Source of the DNA: Rhodosorus marinus CCMP1338
Taxonomy: Eukaryota > Plantae > Rhodophyta
DNA length: 64,000 bases
Assembly (NCBI GenBank): GCA_029953675.1
Contig: JAMWBK010000008.1
Location: 1,054,001-1,118,000, forward strand
Direction of reading: 5' to 3'
Shown piece by piece: positions 39,408 through 53,275 of this stretch (position 1 is the stretch's first letter; every line of letters starts with the position of its first letter). The position numbers and the translations under genes were made by a program. The notes below the pieces were generated by a model. That model had not been told where the DNA came from. It ran no database searches and saw only the letters and a list, made by a program, of their open reading frames with translations.

Positions 39408-41400
39408 ATGGCGGTGACCGATGCGTGGTCCGTGGATGATGTGTGCGACTTCTTGGACAAGTTGCAACTGGGGCATTTGTCGCCCGCGTTTAAGGAGAAT
39501 GCAATTGGGGGGAAGGATCTTGCAGAATTGACCGATGATGATTTACAGAGCGAACTGGGATGCAAACCACTGCAAATCAAGAAGATCAGAAGAGAACTGG
39601 ACTCTGCGAACAACGCATCCGCCACGCCGGCACAGGCGCCACCAGCTCAAGCACCACCTTCTCAGGCGCCACCAGCTCAAGCGCCACCTTCTCAGGCGCC
39701 ACCAGCTCAGGCGCCACCAGCTCAGGCGCCACCAGCTCAGGCGCCACCAGCTCAGGCGCCGCCAGGAGCTGCTCCGCCGCAGTACTACTACGCGCCTCCT
39801 CAAGGTTACCCAGCATATGCAGTTCCACCAGCTGGACAATGGTACAGTTCTCAACCCCCCGCAGCTCAACCTCCCCCAGCAGGCTACCCACCGGCAGGCT
39901 ACCCACCAGCAGGCTACCCACCAGCAGGCTACCCGCCCAACCCCTACGCAGCTCCCGGAGGTGCTCCGGCGACTGCTGCACCTGCATCTGCACCTACGGC
40001 TGGAGGTCCCACAGGTGAGCATTAGTGCATGAAGGTAACGCTTTCGAGGTGATTTACGCTGACAGTATTGTGCATCAGGTTCGAAACCAATTAGCCCGGG
40101 TGACCTCCAAGAGTATAAAAAGCTGAATGCGACCATACGCAAGCTTAGGTCTGAGGGGGTAACGCAACTTTCCACTTCCGTTTTGAGCTTTTTGTTCTCG
40201 GAATCACGGCGATCTTACCTGTTCGTCCTCTGCGTACAGGTTGAGGAGAAACTGGGGAGGGAACAATCGACACTCCGCACTGTCAAAACCAGCCGCGATG
40301 CAACACAAAAAGAGCTAGAACAGAGCAAGAGGAAAAAGCTTGAGCTCGAGAGGGAGCTTACGAAGGTAAGTTGTGTGGTGTGACAACATTGCTCGATACT
40401 ATGGCCGCCCCTAAAGGATACGATCTTCTTTGCTCTCGAACAGCTGGAAGGGAAGAAGAGGCTGATGGCGAAGATGACGGCAAGCAAGAAGGACAGAACT
40501 GAGCATGATCTTGACGCTCTCAATGTGAAAATTCCTGAGGTGCTTAGCGTATCATGGCCAAACGAGATCTACCCGACCGGGATTTACTAAGCTCTTTTCT
40601 CTCAAACCTGCCTGATTTCGTAGTTGGAGGAGAAGTATACAAAATTGTGCTCCAAGTACAACACACAAAGCCTTATAGTAGAGGATCTCGAGACTAGGGT
40701 CACAGAGCTCAAAAGGGCTGTACAGTCCGCGGAGGCGGTTCTGGACCGGGTCTTCAAGGGCCCAAACGCGGCCGGAACTGAGGAGACAAAAAGGCTGGAG
40801 TATTCAATGTTGGAGCTTCGCCCGCGGATCGCGGAGATGAAAACAAAGGAACACACCTACAAGGAAGCAAACACACTGGTTGGGGGTGCACACCAGTGCT
40901 TTGTTCAGGCTCAACAGGCAATGCACCAAGCGTACAAGAATAGCGGAATGGACATTATGGGAAACTTTTTCACACCCGGACCAGGCTTTCAGGGTCCGTT
41001 TGACGCGGCAGCAGACATCATGAAACGCCAAAATGTGAAGAAATCCTCGGCTCTCGTCAAACAAGCCGGAGAGAACCTTGAAAAGGCCAGGATGATTTTG
41101 CCTGAAATGCCAGCGGTGAACACGGATGTCATTAAGAAGATGCCGGGTATGCTGATGGACTTGCTTCTTGACAACATGATATCGGATATAAGGGCACGAA
41201 GGAAAATCACGCAAAGCATGCAGTTGCTGGCAAAGAGTGAGAAGGAATGCCAAGCATGCAAGCAATGGACAGAGCAGAAGCTGTCGTCAGAATGCCAGGT
41301 ACCGATTGCCGCGCTGGAGATGGAGCTCAATACGGCAAAAGCTCAGCTTGAATCGCAAAGAAATGCGATAATGGATGAAGGTCTGAAAACTTTGGGGTAG
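39408..41400 (+). CDS. SAM-domain protein with Pro-rich repeats and long coiled-coil/helical C-terminus (5 exons)
   Basis: SAM domain WSVDDVCDFLDKLQLGHLSPAFKENAIGGKDLAELTDDDLQSELGCKPLQIKKIRREL; GT-AG introns at about 40015, 40160, 40366 and 40541 splice in frame to the 40624-41400 ORF. Confidence 0.85.
39633..39941 (+). repeat. Coding 15-bp repeats: QAPPx x9 and GYPPx x4
   Basis: CAGGCGCCACCAGCT-like units at 39633-39767 and GGCTACCCACCAGCA-like units at about 39882-39941. Confidence 0.92.
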
Positions 41401-42573
41401 GAGCTGACCTGGACTGCGGGTTAGCCCGTTACAAGTCATGGGTACGGAGGATAGTTGAAAACTCGTTTGCTCATCCCCGCTGGGATGCCATGAAGAATAG
41501 CAGATTCTCTAGGGATCCAGACGGCTTTCATCATTGGTCTCCATCCATACCTCCATTAAACAAGAGCAGTAACTTAGACTAGAACTTTCTAGTCGCGCAG
41601 TCAAAGCGTGCGTGTGCTCTGTAGTTGGATAACCACGCTATCTTCGGGAAGCATGTATGGAACCCATTGTTTCCTCGTCTTGTGCTCACCCCGGTCGATA
41701 CGATCTTTCAAGTAGAGTATCTGCTTCTGAGTTGGGGGTGTGAAATTCACTGGCTTCATAGTACGTGTTTTTGACTAACCTCGAGTGCTCGCGATCAGGG
41801 AGCTTGGATCAATGAAAAATGCTTAAGATGGGCAAGGAAACACGAGAGCCGGAGACTTCACCTTCGTTTCGCCGAAGCATTCGACTGGATTTTCCTCAAG
41901 GGACAACATCGATTGAAGAGCAATGAGCTCCATGCGAACGGTTCCTAAGCAGGAAAGTCTCAGCTTGGATGGGAACATAGACACAACGTCCTTTCTGGGA
42001 AGGAAAGGGGAAGCTTCCGCATCAAGGTGTTCGATCAATTCGATCCCGACGGAGCGCGGAACGCGTCCGAGCGTCGACACTGATTTCTTCGGCGGGGCAA
42101 GTTACTCGCACAAGGGACTTCCTAAGCGGGGAGCTTAGCGAGCAGATACTTAACCGCATCGCCAAGTGCGGATACATCTGTGTTCACGTTGCTGCCTCTC
42201 AGTAAGAACGTGATCCTCTGCCGGCCATGAGAATCCATGCCGCTGCGAGGTCAAAGATGCTCTTCGAACACCATGTCCTGTCCTGGGGAAACTGGTTTTT
42301 GATTTTATCCTATTGGAAATCTGCATACATTTAAGGCTATATACGGTTTTATTATAACCCAATTCATGTTTCGCTTCACCGGGTACACAAAAACGCGATA
42401 AATGTAAACATATTTTGTGCCCGTGCCAGGGTTTATTCGAGAATTAAACGTGAAAGACAAGGATAAAAAACTGAAAAACCCCTTGGAGACGTTTTCCGGC
42501 ATATTCCCGAGAATCAATATGAAGTTATTTCCGGAGCCATTGCTCACCCAGACCACACCACACACCCCTGCGG

Positions 42574-42666
42574 GTGGAGTTTGTTGCTATTCGTACAATT
42601 TTTTATTGCGGTTCTAGCTTGTGGAGTTTGTTGCTATTCGTACAATTTTTTATTGCTGTTCTAGCC
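42574..42666. repeat. 47-bp tandem duplication in an AT-rich intergenic region
   Basis: GTGGAGTTTGTTGCTATTCGTACAATTTTTTATTGC(G/C).. at 42574 and 42621. Confidence 0.92.
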
Positions 42667-44431
42667 TTTCAAGAGCACACTTTCGAGGTTATGCAATTTT
42701 TATTTAATGTTTTCAATCCGCCTCCAGCTCAGCAAAAATTGAAATATGATGATTTTTGAACCATTCGTGATTCGATTGATCGTTCCTAAGTTTCACGCGA
42801 TTCACGTCCCCCAAAAACAACGGAAAACCAATTTTAAAATATTTCCGTTAAAAGTGGATCCGGGGGTTTCCCTCATGTTTTATAGAAGAACTTCAGCTAG
42901 TCGCAAGAAGCCTGCAGGTGTTGATTTTAGGCAATCTATGAAAACGAAAAAAAGCGGAATAAAAGTTTTGCAATTAATATCTGAGTTGATGCGGGGGGAT
43001 CGATCCAGTCAAAAAAAGAAACCCATCCTTCAATACTACAGTTGTTTTGGTGTTACAAATTCTTAGGGTTCCCGAAGGATTGCCACGGGTTGACCGAAAC
43101 AAGTGGAAGAAGTGGGGGGGGGGAGAGAGGAATAGTCTGTGGGAACGTGATATCTTGAAATAATGAAATAAAATTTTAAAGAACACGTTTTGGAAGGCTT
43201 CGTGCACGCGGTGTATACGCGAAAGATGTGTTTAAATCCTTGACCGACCTGTAACAAACTCGATCGGCCGGAAACCCTTCAAATTTTCTTTGAAGAACAT
43301 ATTTTTACACCTGATTCGTGCACACTAGGGGGTGAGGAAGCACTTACTCTCCCAAGGGGTACCCTGCATTGTTACGGGCTATTGCGATACAATTTTGAGG
43401 GTCTCGATGTTTTGCAGTTTCGAGACCTCTTGTCTATTTTCCAAGATTTTGTGGCTGTGGAGACTTACTTCGTTCGGTTCATGGCAAATTGTAGGGGGGG
43501 TTGGATCGTTCAGGTGCGTAAGTAGTATTAAGTATTCCGAAGAAGTTGGGTTGCTGTGGAGTTGGGAAAAAAAAAAAAAAAGTAATGACGTAGACGGGTG
43601 AGCAATTGGTGGGCAACGTGCAAGTAAGTGCTGAAAACAGTGGGGCTTTGAGAGGGGAGGCGTCCAAGGATATGGAGCGGGTGTCAATCATTAGGAAGAA
43701 GATTTTGAGTGCAGAATAAATATAGGTTCTCAAAATGGAATCAGGTGGGGGGGGTGGTTGGGGTGTCAAGATTTTTTTTGGGTCTGTTTTGGATTTGGGC
43801 TTTTGGATCGATTGATCAAAATTGTTTCTTTGGGATATACCAATTTCGCCAGGGACAGTTGGACCCAGGGGGTGACGAGGAGGGTATACAACGCACGGAT
43901 AGGATTTACCATCGCGATTCCCAGCTTTTGCAATGATTTTGAGAGGAGAAAGGAAGAACAAAGAGGGGGGGGACGAAGAAAGAAACGCACAGACTGGGAG
44001 TTTGCAAGGGTGAGTTGTTCTACGCTTGTCAGTGGCGCTTGACGTGACGTGCCTGGGGGTATTGAAACCTGACATTAGCAGTTGGGCGAGAATGGAGGAA
44101 AATCGAGCAAGGAAGGACTCGTTGACTATTTTGAACTCGATCTAAAGGCGATAGGGTGGTTAGGATAGCAACGAGAACTGTGTCATATTAGAACACCTAG
44201 AACAGATTAACATTAGCGAGGTTGATAGGAGATTGAAACGAGTTGAGGAAGGAGTACTTCGCGTCTCAGAGAACTTTGGGTCAGGTCGGATTTAAGTCGA
44301 GCGTCCAAGATTCACTAAGGCCGGGTAAAGCTGGAGAGGCTGCGAATTTTTGTGGAATAGAGACGCCAGCTCGCGGCGCTTGCGATCTGTATTGTTGTTG
44401 CGCGTCTTGTCTACAAAGTCCGTCGGAACGA

Positions 44432-45521
44432 ATGCGGAAGACTCCTCCACAAGTGGATCGGATCTGTAAACAATGCAGTGCGGTTGAGACGCCACTTTGG
44501 CGGGCAGGACCCGCAGGCCCGAAGACACTTTGCAATGCCTGTGGAGTACGCTGGAAGAAGGGCAAGCTCGTGCTCAATCATGACGCGGATGGGATGAGGC
44601 TCCCGACTGTTGAGGGAGATAAGCCTGCGCCTGTTAGTCGATCACCGATTTCCAAAGCCAAATCTCCAGCGAGTGGCTACAAGAAGCGCGGAGGCAGACA
44701 GTCTCAACAAAATGTTGCCAAGCAACTCCCGCTTACCACAGCAACAACTGACGACAGCATGGCTGCACTCGAGAAACACAAGGACGTTCCACCCACCGCA
44801 GCGCGTCCAGGTACGAATGCCATCCCTCATCAGTTTATTCTCTAGGCCCTCTCCACGAAAGGGAGCTAATCGTTAGCCGCAACCCTCTCCAGGATTTTGG
44901 ACCTCGCCAGCGAGTTCTCCGATTTCGAAACCGGACTCTCCTGTTCAAGAGCGTGACGATGATAGTACAAAGACAGACGAGCACGACATGGATGTAACGA
45001 TGGAGTTAGAGAACGCAATGGATCCTTTCAAACTTGACGACGTTGACAATGCCATCGAGCGTTGTGGTTCTGACCTCTTTGACGAGATCGAAGAGCTTAA
45101 GCAAAAAGCATCTACACCTCCCGTGGACCTGTTGAGGACCATCCCTATCTCACCGGCTACATCCTCTGTGTGTCCGGACAGCCCTCCTGCTCACATATTG
45201 ACAACGAGCTTGCTCATGGAGAACACGCCGGAATCGTTGAAGACGTTGCGCGGTGCCGTTTATGACCCTACGAAGAATATTTCCAGGTCATACAAGCAGT
45301 GCGTGATGCACTTGGGTCAATTGTGCATGAACATATCCGCGGAAGATCCGAAGGCGTATGTACGTGCTTTTGCAATGGACTCCAGCCTGGGTCTCAACCC
45401 CTGCGGGCTGTCCTTCGCGGAATCGGAGAGGCATCATCTAGTACTCCAAGGCTTTTTTCGCAACGAGAAGGCATACGCCAACGCTCTGAGCTCTTTCCGA
45501 GCGGTAAGTAACTACCTCTAA
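44432..45521 (+). CDS. GATA zinc-finger transcription factor (C-X2-C-X18-C-X2-C), 2 or more exons
   Basis: [32 protein letters not shown]; an intron at about 44811-44892 joins it in frame to the 44988-45521 ORF. The 5' end is uncertain. Confidence 0.88.
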
Positions 45522-45594
45522 GATTGAACATTTTTCCGTCGTCCAGTAGCTCACCATAGAACTTGCCGTTGTCTAGACGTATTCGAACCCAGAG

Positions 45595-46656
45595 TTACTG
45601 GAGTACAACACTGGAGCGTTCGTGGAAATGCTCGTTGAGGATGTTGCGAGGGTCCTTCCCGCTCTTGAGGGCCGGACGATAAAACAGGTAGCATAGTAGG
45701 GAGACAATACTCGGTGAAGCGAGCTTGAAAATTTTCTCAGGCACAGACGGCATGCGGCTTTCTCCGGGAAAGCCCTTCGTGTGCGTGACAGACATCGAGG
45801 ATTTCCTCAGTTCACAACGGAAGGAATAGATCCATTCCGCGTGGAAAGCTGATGGGAGCCATGGGTGCGGAACTTCGGCTGTGTGAGTAACGGTCAGAGA
45901 TGCTATCGGTCGTCGGACATGTTGTCCGCCGCAGAAAGTCAGGCACATCGTCACACTTGAACAGGACGGTGGTGAAGATCGTAGGGGATCTGAAAAAAAG
46001 GCATCATGTACCGCTCTTGAAAAGCCAAAAAAAGAAGACTAAACACAACGAAAAGCTAAGAAAGTTGAGCGAGCGTTAACCACCCCTCCAGTTTACCTTT
46101 TTTCACTAGTCCATAGTAGCCCATGTTATATGTGTATCTTTTAGATGCTTCAACATACGAAGAACAAGTGGTAGTCTATACTCAGGCTCATCCTGAGCCA
46201 ATCTATTTTGGGGTTGAGAAAGCTAGCCTGCCACGGCCAGAAGCACGCTGTTCGGGCTAGGTGCATTCAACATGGGCGTCGTTTCTGCTTGAAAACGTTT
46301 TGAGGGTCTGCCCCTGTACGAGCTCCATTCGTTAGGGGTAATGCTTTGTGATTCATCAAGACTTTGGACTCTAGTCATTCTGTTATTCAAGGCTTAGCGA
46401 GATACACGTTCTACGGTTGGACTCCTCCAACTCCTGAGGGCACACTCCATGTAGGTCACTTACGAATGGGCTGCAAACCAGGCCTCAGTAGTCCACCTAG
46501 TGAAGACAAGATGACACTCATGGTGATTAAATTCACGTTTGAGGCGAGAAGATGCCTGTTAGCAACTCACGCGGTTTCAGGCCTCACCACAATTCCTCCA
46601 GTCCCAACCCGACCATCACCCTCATCAACAACCTCCAGCGGTTTTTTTCGTCTCAT
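45595..46656 (-). CDS. Possible multi-exon hypothetical gene
   Basis: MRRKKPLEVVDEGDGRVGTGGIVVRPETA|WTTEAWFAAHS via GTGAGT..CTAAC..CTAG and GTAAGT sites; a protein-like ORF at 45595-45954 may be the last exon. The linkage is unproven. Confidence 0.35.
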
Positions 46657-46871
46657 GAAATTTTTTTTTCGAGAGACGTATGTGACCCTGAAGTTGATTT
46701 TTGGTCAAAATTCGGGGGGAGGGTTTTTGCAGGAATCGAACGCTGGCTATATTCAATAATTGGCACATTTATAAGGGTGGGGAGGGGGCGGTGCTGGGAT
46801 CGGGTGAATGCGTTGGGTTGCAGGGACGGGAGAGGTTCTTGAGTTAGGAGGTTAAAGACGCATGTACAAAC

Positions 46872-49800
46872 ATGGGTCTCCAAGATAGCTCAGGAATTGG
46901 TAACAATGTTATTGGGCGTGGAAGAGGACCATCTGGGCCAGGAAAGCAAGCTGAGCTGGGATCGGGGGGGAGAGGATACGATGCCGGCGCTAAATTTGGT
47001 CAGCCGCCCCCTGGCTATGTAGCTGGCAGAGGTAGAGGACTTGGTGATACGCGTAGGGAAGCCTTGGAAGCCCAGGCTTCAGCTGCAAGGGCTGCACATA
47101 GGCAACAGGAGCAGGAGGAGGAGGGTGGCGATGATGATCGACCTCTTGATGAGGAGGAGGGGGCGCTGTTTGCCGATGCTGTTTATGAGGAGGACGACGT
47201 TGAAGCGGATCAAATATACGCGGCGGTTGACGATCGTATGGATTCAAGGAGAGCAAAGCAAAGGACAGAGAGACTTGAGAGTGAATTGAAGAAATATCGC
47301 GCTCAGAACCCGACAATTACTCAACAGTTCTCGGATCTCAAGAGGGAGCTTTCCTCGGTCAGTGCTTCGGAGTGGGACAGTATTCCAGACGTTGGAGACT
47401 ACAGCGTGAAGAAGCAAAAACTAGAAAAATACACTCCAGCGCCGGACTCTCTACTAGAAATGGCCCGAAAGGTATGAAATCACTGGCACGGACACCGTGG
47501 AGGAGGTGTACTCATTTTCTAACCACCTATTGCTTCCACAATTCTACGATTTCCTATGAAGGAGTCCGCAATGACGAATACGGATGCTACATTCCCTGGT
47601 GCAACGACAGATCTCGCGTCCATTGGCGAAGGAAGAGGGGCAGTACTAGGACAAAAACTAGACCGTGTCTCAGACTCGGTCTCAGGGCAGACTGTTGTCG
47701 ATCCAAAGGGATACTTGACGCAGATGGATGGGCTCCGAATCAACTCGGAGACCGATGTTGGGGATATTAAGAAGCTGCGACACCTGCTTAAGTCGGTAAC
47801 CAGTACTAATCCAAAGCATGGTCCCGGCTGGATTGCCGCGGCTCGATTGGAAGAGTTCGCGGGAAGGATGCAAGCTGCTAGGAAAGAAATAGCCCAAGGC
47901 TGCAAAATGTGCCCCACCTCTGAGGAGGTTTGGCTGGAGGCAGTGCGCCTCCATCCGCCCGACCAGGCGAAAACAGTCCTTGCCTCTGCGGTCAAGCGCA
48001 TTCCAAATAGCGTTAGAATCTGGCTGCAGGCATCTGCCCTTGAGGAGGCTACGGAAGCGAAACGTGTAGTCCTTCGAAAGGCACTAGAAATCATTCCAAA
48101 CTCTGCGAAACTTTGGAAGGCCGCCGTGGAGTTGGAAAGCCCGCAAGAAGCAAAGATCCTGCTCACCAGGGCCGTGGAGTGTGTTCCGGAATCCGTGGAC
48201 TTGTGGCTGGCTTTGGCGCGACTGGAATCATACGAAAATGCTCGTGAGGTTTTAAGGCGGGCGTTGAATGCTCTGCCTATGGAACCAACGGTGTGGCTGA
48301 CTGGCGCCAAGCTTCAGGAGGCTCATGAACCAGAGGAGGTGGAAAACGCTGTTTCAGGCGTTATTCGTAGAGCGGTTACGGCTTTGTCCAAGCGATCTCA
48401 AATCATGAACCGTGAGGCATGGCTGAAGGAAGCGAAGGACGCCGAGAAGGCCGGGTTTCCGATAACGTCAAAATGCCTTATAAACCAGACCATTGGTCTA
48501 GGACTGGATCCCGTTGACCACCGGCGGGTGCTGAAGAGCGACGCGGAAACTGTTGAAGTGGAGGGATACTATGAAACAGCCCGTGCGATTCTGTCTGAAC
48601 TTATAGCCAAGTATCCCGCTCGAAAAGGCATATGGTTGCGAGCGGCCCGGTTTGAAAAGAAGCATGGAAGCAGAGAAAAGCTCGACCAGCTTCTGTTGAA
48701 TGCGGTGAAGTATTGTCCACAGGCCGAAGCCTTGTGGCTCATGGCAGCCAGGGAGCGCTGGCTAGCCGAAGATCTTGAGGGAGCGAGGGTTATCCTGCGA
48801 GAGGCGTTCGACTCAAATCCGAATTCGGAGGCTATCTGGCTAGCGGCCGTTAAGTTGGAGGTTGAGACAGACGAATTGACTCGAGCGAGACTACTGTTGG
48901 AACGTGCTCGAACCCAAGCACCCTCTGGTCGTGTTTACATGAAATCCGCACTTCTCGAGCGGAGGACGGGAAGCGCGGACGCAGAGAAGAAGCTTCTTGA
49001 AGAGGGAATTGAAAAATTCCCGGACTACAGAAAGCTCTGGTTGATGCTCGGTCAATGGCATAGGAAAAGTAAGGACTTGAACTCGGAGAGGTCTGCGTAT
49101 CAGCGTGGACTTGGAATAGCGGGTAACGAACAGGGTGATGTCCCACTGTGGGTCTCCCTCTCAGCCGTCGAAACTGAGGTTGGATCTGTTAATCGAGCCA
49201 GGGCAGTCCTGGAACGAGCGCGCCAGAAGGTCCCCAAAAACGAGCGGGTAAATTTTTCCACGATCCCCACGGTTTTTCTATTTCCCGTTCGTCACCGTAG
49301 AGCTTGTGCTCTGACCAAATATGTCTCTTTCGTGTCCCTTTGTGTTGCTTGGAATCTTCAATCTGTAGCTGTGGCTTGCATCTGTGCGGCTAGAACGAAA
49401 AGCAAGCCAGAAGAATCAAGTATCTGAGGCTGCAGCTGGGCAGCTTTTAGCAAAAGCCTTGCAGGATTGTCCTTCCTCAGGCATGCTCTGGGCGGAGGCC
49501 GTGGAAACCGAAGCACGTCCAAAACAGAAGATCCGAAGCGTTGATGCTCTCAAGAGGTAAGACCGCAGGAATGAAGTAGATTGTATGCATGCTTACTGTT
49601 GATAGTCGCAATGCTAATAGGTGTGACAAGGACGCAAGGGTGATGCTGGCGGTTGCTCGGCTGCTCTGGCGTGATAGAAAGCTTGACAAGGCGCAGGACT
49701 GGTTTCAAAGAGCGGTGGCACTGGATCCTGACCTTGGAGACGCGTGGGCAAACATGTGGGCATTTGAAAAGGCTCATGGAAATAAAGAGAGAGTCGACGC

Positions 49801-49933
49801 CGTGGAGAAGAAATGCGGTGAAATGGATCCGAAGCATGGCGAGCTCTGGATAGGTTTTTCAAAAAAAGAAGGCAATGAAGGGCTCAAGGCTGTTGACATA
49901 TTGAGAGCAGTTGGTGAAAAAATCGGTCCGTGA
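46872..49933 (+). CDS. PRP6: Pre-mRNA splicing factor Prp6 (U5-102K), 4 exons
   Basis: Motifs [85 protein letters not shown], many HAT repeats and DPDLGDAWA. Confidence 0.97.
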
Positions 49934-51550
49934 ACTCCGCTCTATGATAACACTTTTATGTAAAAAGACAAGCTAACTTGAAATCCGGCATCCTTTGAGT
50001 GTGTGGATGAACTTCTTCCAAACTACTTTGCACCGGTCGTCTATATTCTTCATTGAGAAAGCCACACCCTCTCATATTCAATCCACAGGAAACTTCATTT
50101 CAAATAGAATTCAACTTCTGTCCACGTTCTTTGCAATGATACAGCTACAGGAGCAAATTGCGAATGCATCAGTCTTGAGCGGGCCTCAGAGGAGCGGTAT
50201 CCATTAACTTGGGAAAAACGTCCCAGTCGCGCAAAAAAAATCCGGATCATTAGGTTCCCGCCCAAACAACAAAACACCTCATTTTTTATTTACAAATGAA
50301 AACTTGTCCCGTTCAATTATAAATTTTCGAAGAAAGTTTTTGCCCTGCTCTTGAAAACGAATGAGATCCCCCCTAGCTGCGGTAAAAATTGTCGCCGCCG
50401 AGAATAATATTTCAATTTTTTAGAACTAAAATAGACTACTTCCTCTTCTGGCTACAAACTTCTATTAGGGGTGGGGGAGAAGAACCTCGCGTAAGCAAGG
50501 AGCGGCGTCCCAAAAAATCTTCAGAGTGGAAAACAACTGTCAGCAAAATACCAAAATTACATTTGTTACAAATTATGTAGCGTTTTTTTTTGTCCCAGAA
50601 TCATGCAGTTTGGGGTTTTTCCCTATCAAAACAATTTATTCTATTTTTTTGTTTTTCCGATGGATGTGAAGTTCTTCCTATCAATCAAAATTTGTTGACA
50701 GGAAACGGCACCTATCGAAAAACCTCATTTTTGGTAAATCTTCGAGTTGATGTTTTCAAAGGGTAAATAACGTCGCGTTCTTACCTTCAGAGCGTTGAAA
50801 AAGTGAGTAAGATTTGACTATAAATAAATACTAAAGGCGCTGGCCAAATAAAAAAGGGGGGGTGAATAAGAGGATTAAATAACGGTGGTCCTCCTTTTCT
50901 TTGGTTTGTCCCAATTTGTGTTTTATATGGGACAAAAGAAATGTATACGGCCAAGATGTGCAAATTTTTATTGTTGTTTTATTGGTTCTGAGAAATTCTG
51001 AGTACAGATTTTTCCCTTTTGAATTCTGTAAAAATAGGATGTGTTGGAAAGAGGTTCCTCTCTCCCGTTTTCTTAGTTTTACGAATAATTGAGAGGAGAA
51101 TTACAAAATAGCGCTCATGAAAAAGCTCGAGTTTTTCAGAATTATTTTGAGGGCTAGTTCCAAAGAAAAGCCGCAATCGATTAAAAACTATTGGGGGATG
51201 GGGGGATGCTCGGATACGGAACGATCAAGTTCCCGTCAATAGTCCCACTTTCAGAAAATTTCTGCTTTTTTTTTCTTTTCGATTTTTTTGCTTTCGTTTT
51301 CAATGAAAAAATGCTGGCTCAACTCGTTTTCTGTTGGGCGTGAGAGAGAATGTTTTTCGGAGTCTAGCAAAGCGAAGAGGAATCATCGGATTTCAAAGGG
51401 TTGGCAAAAGAGTTGGTTTTCCGAGTTCGTCATTGAACAGCTTCTTTTGATTAAACATTTGGTTGAAATTCAAGCTTCTAGTATATACTCGCAGCATTAT
51501 TCGATTTGTCCGAATTGCGTTTCGAAATTGAACCCTATGCATGCAGTTAA

Positions 51551-52698
51551 TCACATGTTTGTGTCGATCCCAGTCACCTCCGGACTTTGTAGGGCTGCGT
51601 AGAGTGAATGAAGGTTCTTACTGTTCGGAGAAGCAAACACTTCAGGTGTTCTCCAACTCAGAAAGTTTTGTGCAGGTGCCAGATCAAACAAAACCGCCTC
51701 ATTCTTAAAGCCCGTTTGCTGCTCCGGGCGCTGCTCCGACTCGTCAAAAAATCCAAGCTGTCGCATAATCGACTGGTCGTCCTCAATGTGGAACTTGTCA
51801 TCAAACGCAAAGCAAACCTATAGCAAAGCAATCACACGGCTTTAGCTTCCCTGAGGATTGACCGTCTCCGTCAGTGATGCAATGCAAACGGGCTTACAGC
51901 TTCTCCTCCTGTTTCAACCTCAAGGTCAATTCCAGTCGACGGGCCGGTGCGTACAACAATAAACGGAATTTCAATTCTCAGGGATTGATCCGTGGCTATT
52001 TCCTTATTTCTCGACGAAAGCCGTGTCAAGGCCTTTCTCTGCGCAATCAGCTCGGCCACCCGAGCCCTCTTCTTGTCAACAGCTTCCCGCTTCAATGCGA
52101 TCTACGATAGCAAAATTTCAATTTCGCGTTTGCTCTGAGATAACGTAAACAAAAACAATGCACAGACGGTTCTGTTGCGTATTACTGTTTGCCTGTACCT
52201 GTGCTTGTAAGTTTTTCACAGATTCCTCGTCTTCCATTGCAGGGAGACCTCTCCATAATATTTGCTTCTTGTTCTTTTCTACAATGTTCATTGCCATCAA
52301 AACATTCAAAGCGTCATACACGCGTCGTCGAATATTTTTTTCGTCCAACCCCCTATTTGCTTTGGTGCTCCTCTCGTTGAAGTCACCATCCTCCTTTCCC
52401 TCAAAGTTCTCTTTGACAAGGTCATCAGCCAGCTCAGTGTGAGACGTTGCGCACTTTTCCCGAACCTTTGAACAGACCCTTATCGCAAAATGCCGGAGAC
52501 CTTTATTCTGCTTCTCAACTCCGTGCTTAGCAAGCTTAACATCCATCCTGTCATCAAGTCACAGGTGAAAGCAAAGTCAGACGGACAGAACCGGACAAGA
52601 CAGCAACGCGAACAAGCTAGTCCGGACTGAGATGACAAAGATCTGACTTACTTTGGCCCGGTCCTCACTCTACCTCGAAGCACACCTGATTCCGTCAT
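51551..52698 (-). CDS. DP: E2F dimerization partner DP (4 exons)
   Basis: Motifs KGLRHFAIRVCSKV, NIRRRVYDALNVLMAMNIVEKNKKQILWRGLP, IEIPFIVVRT and FAFDDKFHIEDDQSIMRQLG; introns restore the frame. Confidence 0.93.
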
Positions 52699-53275
52699 TC
52701 TCACGCAAAATCAACCTGAAAAGCGCAACTCAAGTTACATGCAAAAAAATCTAGGGAACAACAGTCCACCTAGCCTAGCCTAGCCCTAACCCGACGTGCT
52801 TTGACTGCAAAGCACACCAAGCGGTGAACGCCTCGCGACAACGGCAAGGATTAGCGTCGAAAGCAATCAACCAGTCTGCTTTTATCTTCTAGTTCCAACT
52901 GCTAGCATCTACTTTAAGGGTTAAGCAAAACCCTCATCTTAACCCATGATCACCAGATAAAAAGGCTACGTCTCCAAGCCCTCGCAAAATTATACAGAAA
53001 GAAAAGTATACACAACTAAACAATTTTATTCACCTAGCTCCTCACCCACTGCCTGCCGTCAAGAATACCGCGTCCACCTCCTTAAAGCGTATAAAGCAAC
53101 ACCTCCCTGCAAGCTCCAGTCTGTTAAACTTGAGCCAGGAAACAGCGCATCTCCATTCCCAAGAGAAATCCTAAATATTCGTAGAAATAATAAGGTTTTG
53201 GGCCCCCACGTTCTGCGCATGTCCATGACATGTGAGGGACTTCGCCGAAAAGGGGGAAAAAAAAATGTGACCCGA

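Noticed and set aside
39535-40175. His/Arg-rich, Trp/Arg-rich and ELVAP-repeat ORFs in other frames
   Set aside because: They are alternative-frame shadows of the stop-free 15-bp QAPPA/GYPPA coding repeat.
47519-48310. Long antisense ORFs inside Prp6 (likewise inside MCM6, CCT1 and the LRR gene)
   Set aside because: Typical antisense shadows of GC-balanced coding DNA, with no protein-like motifs.
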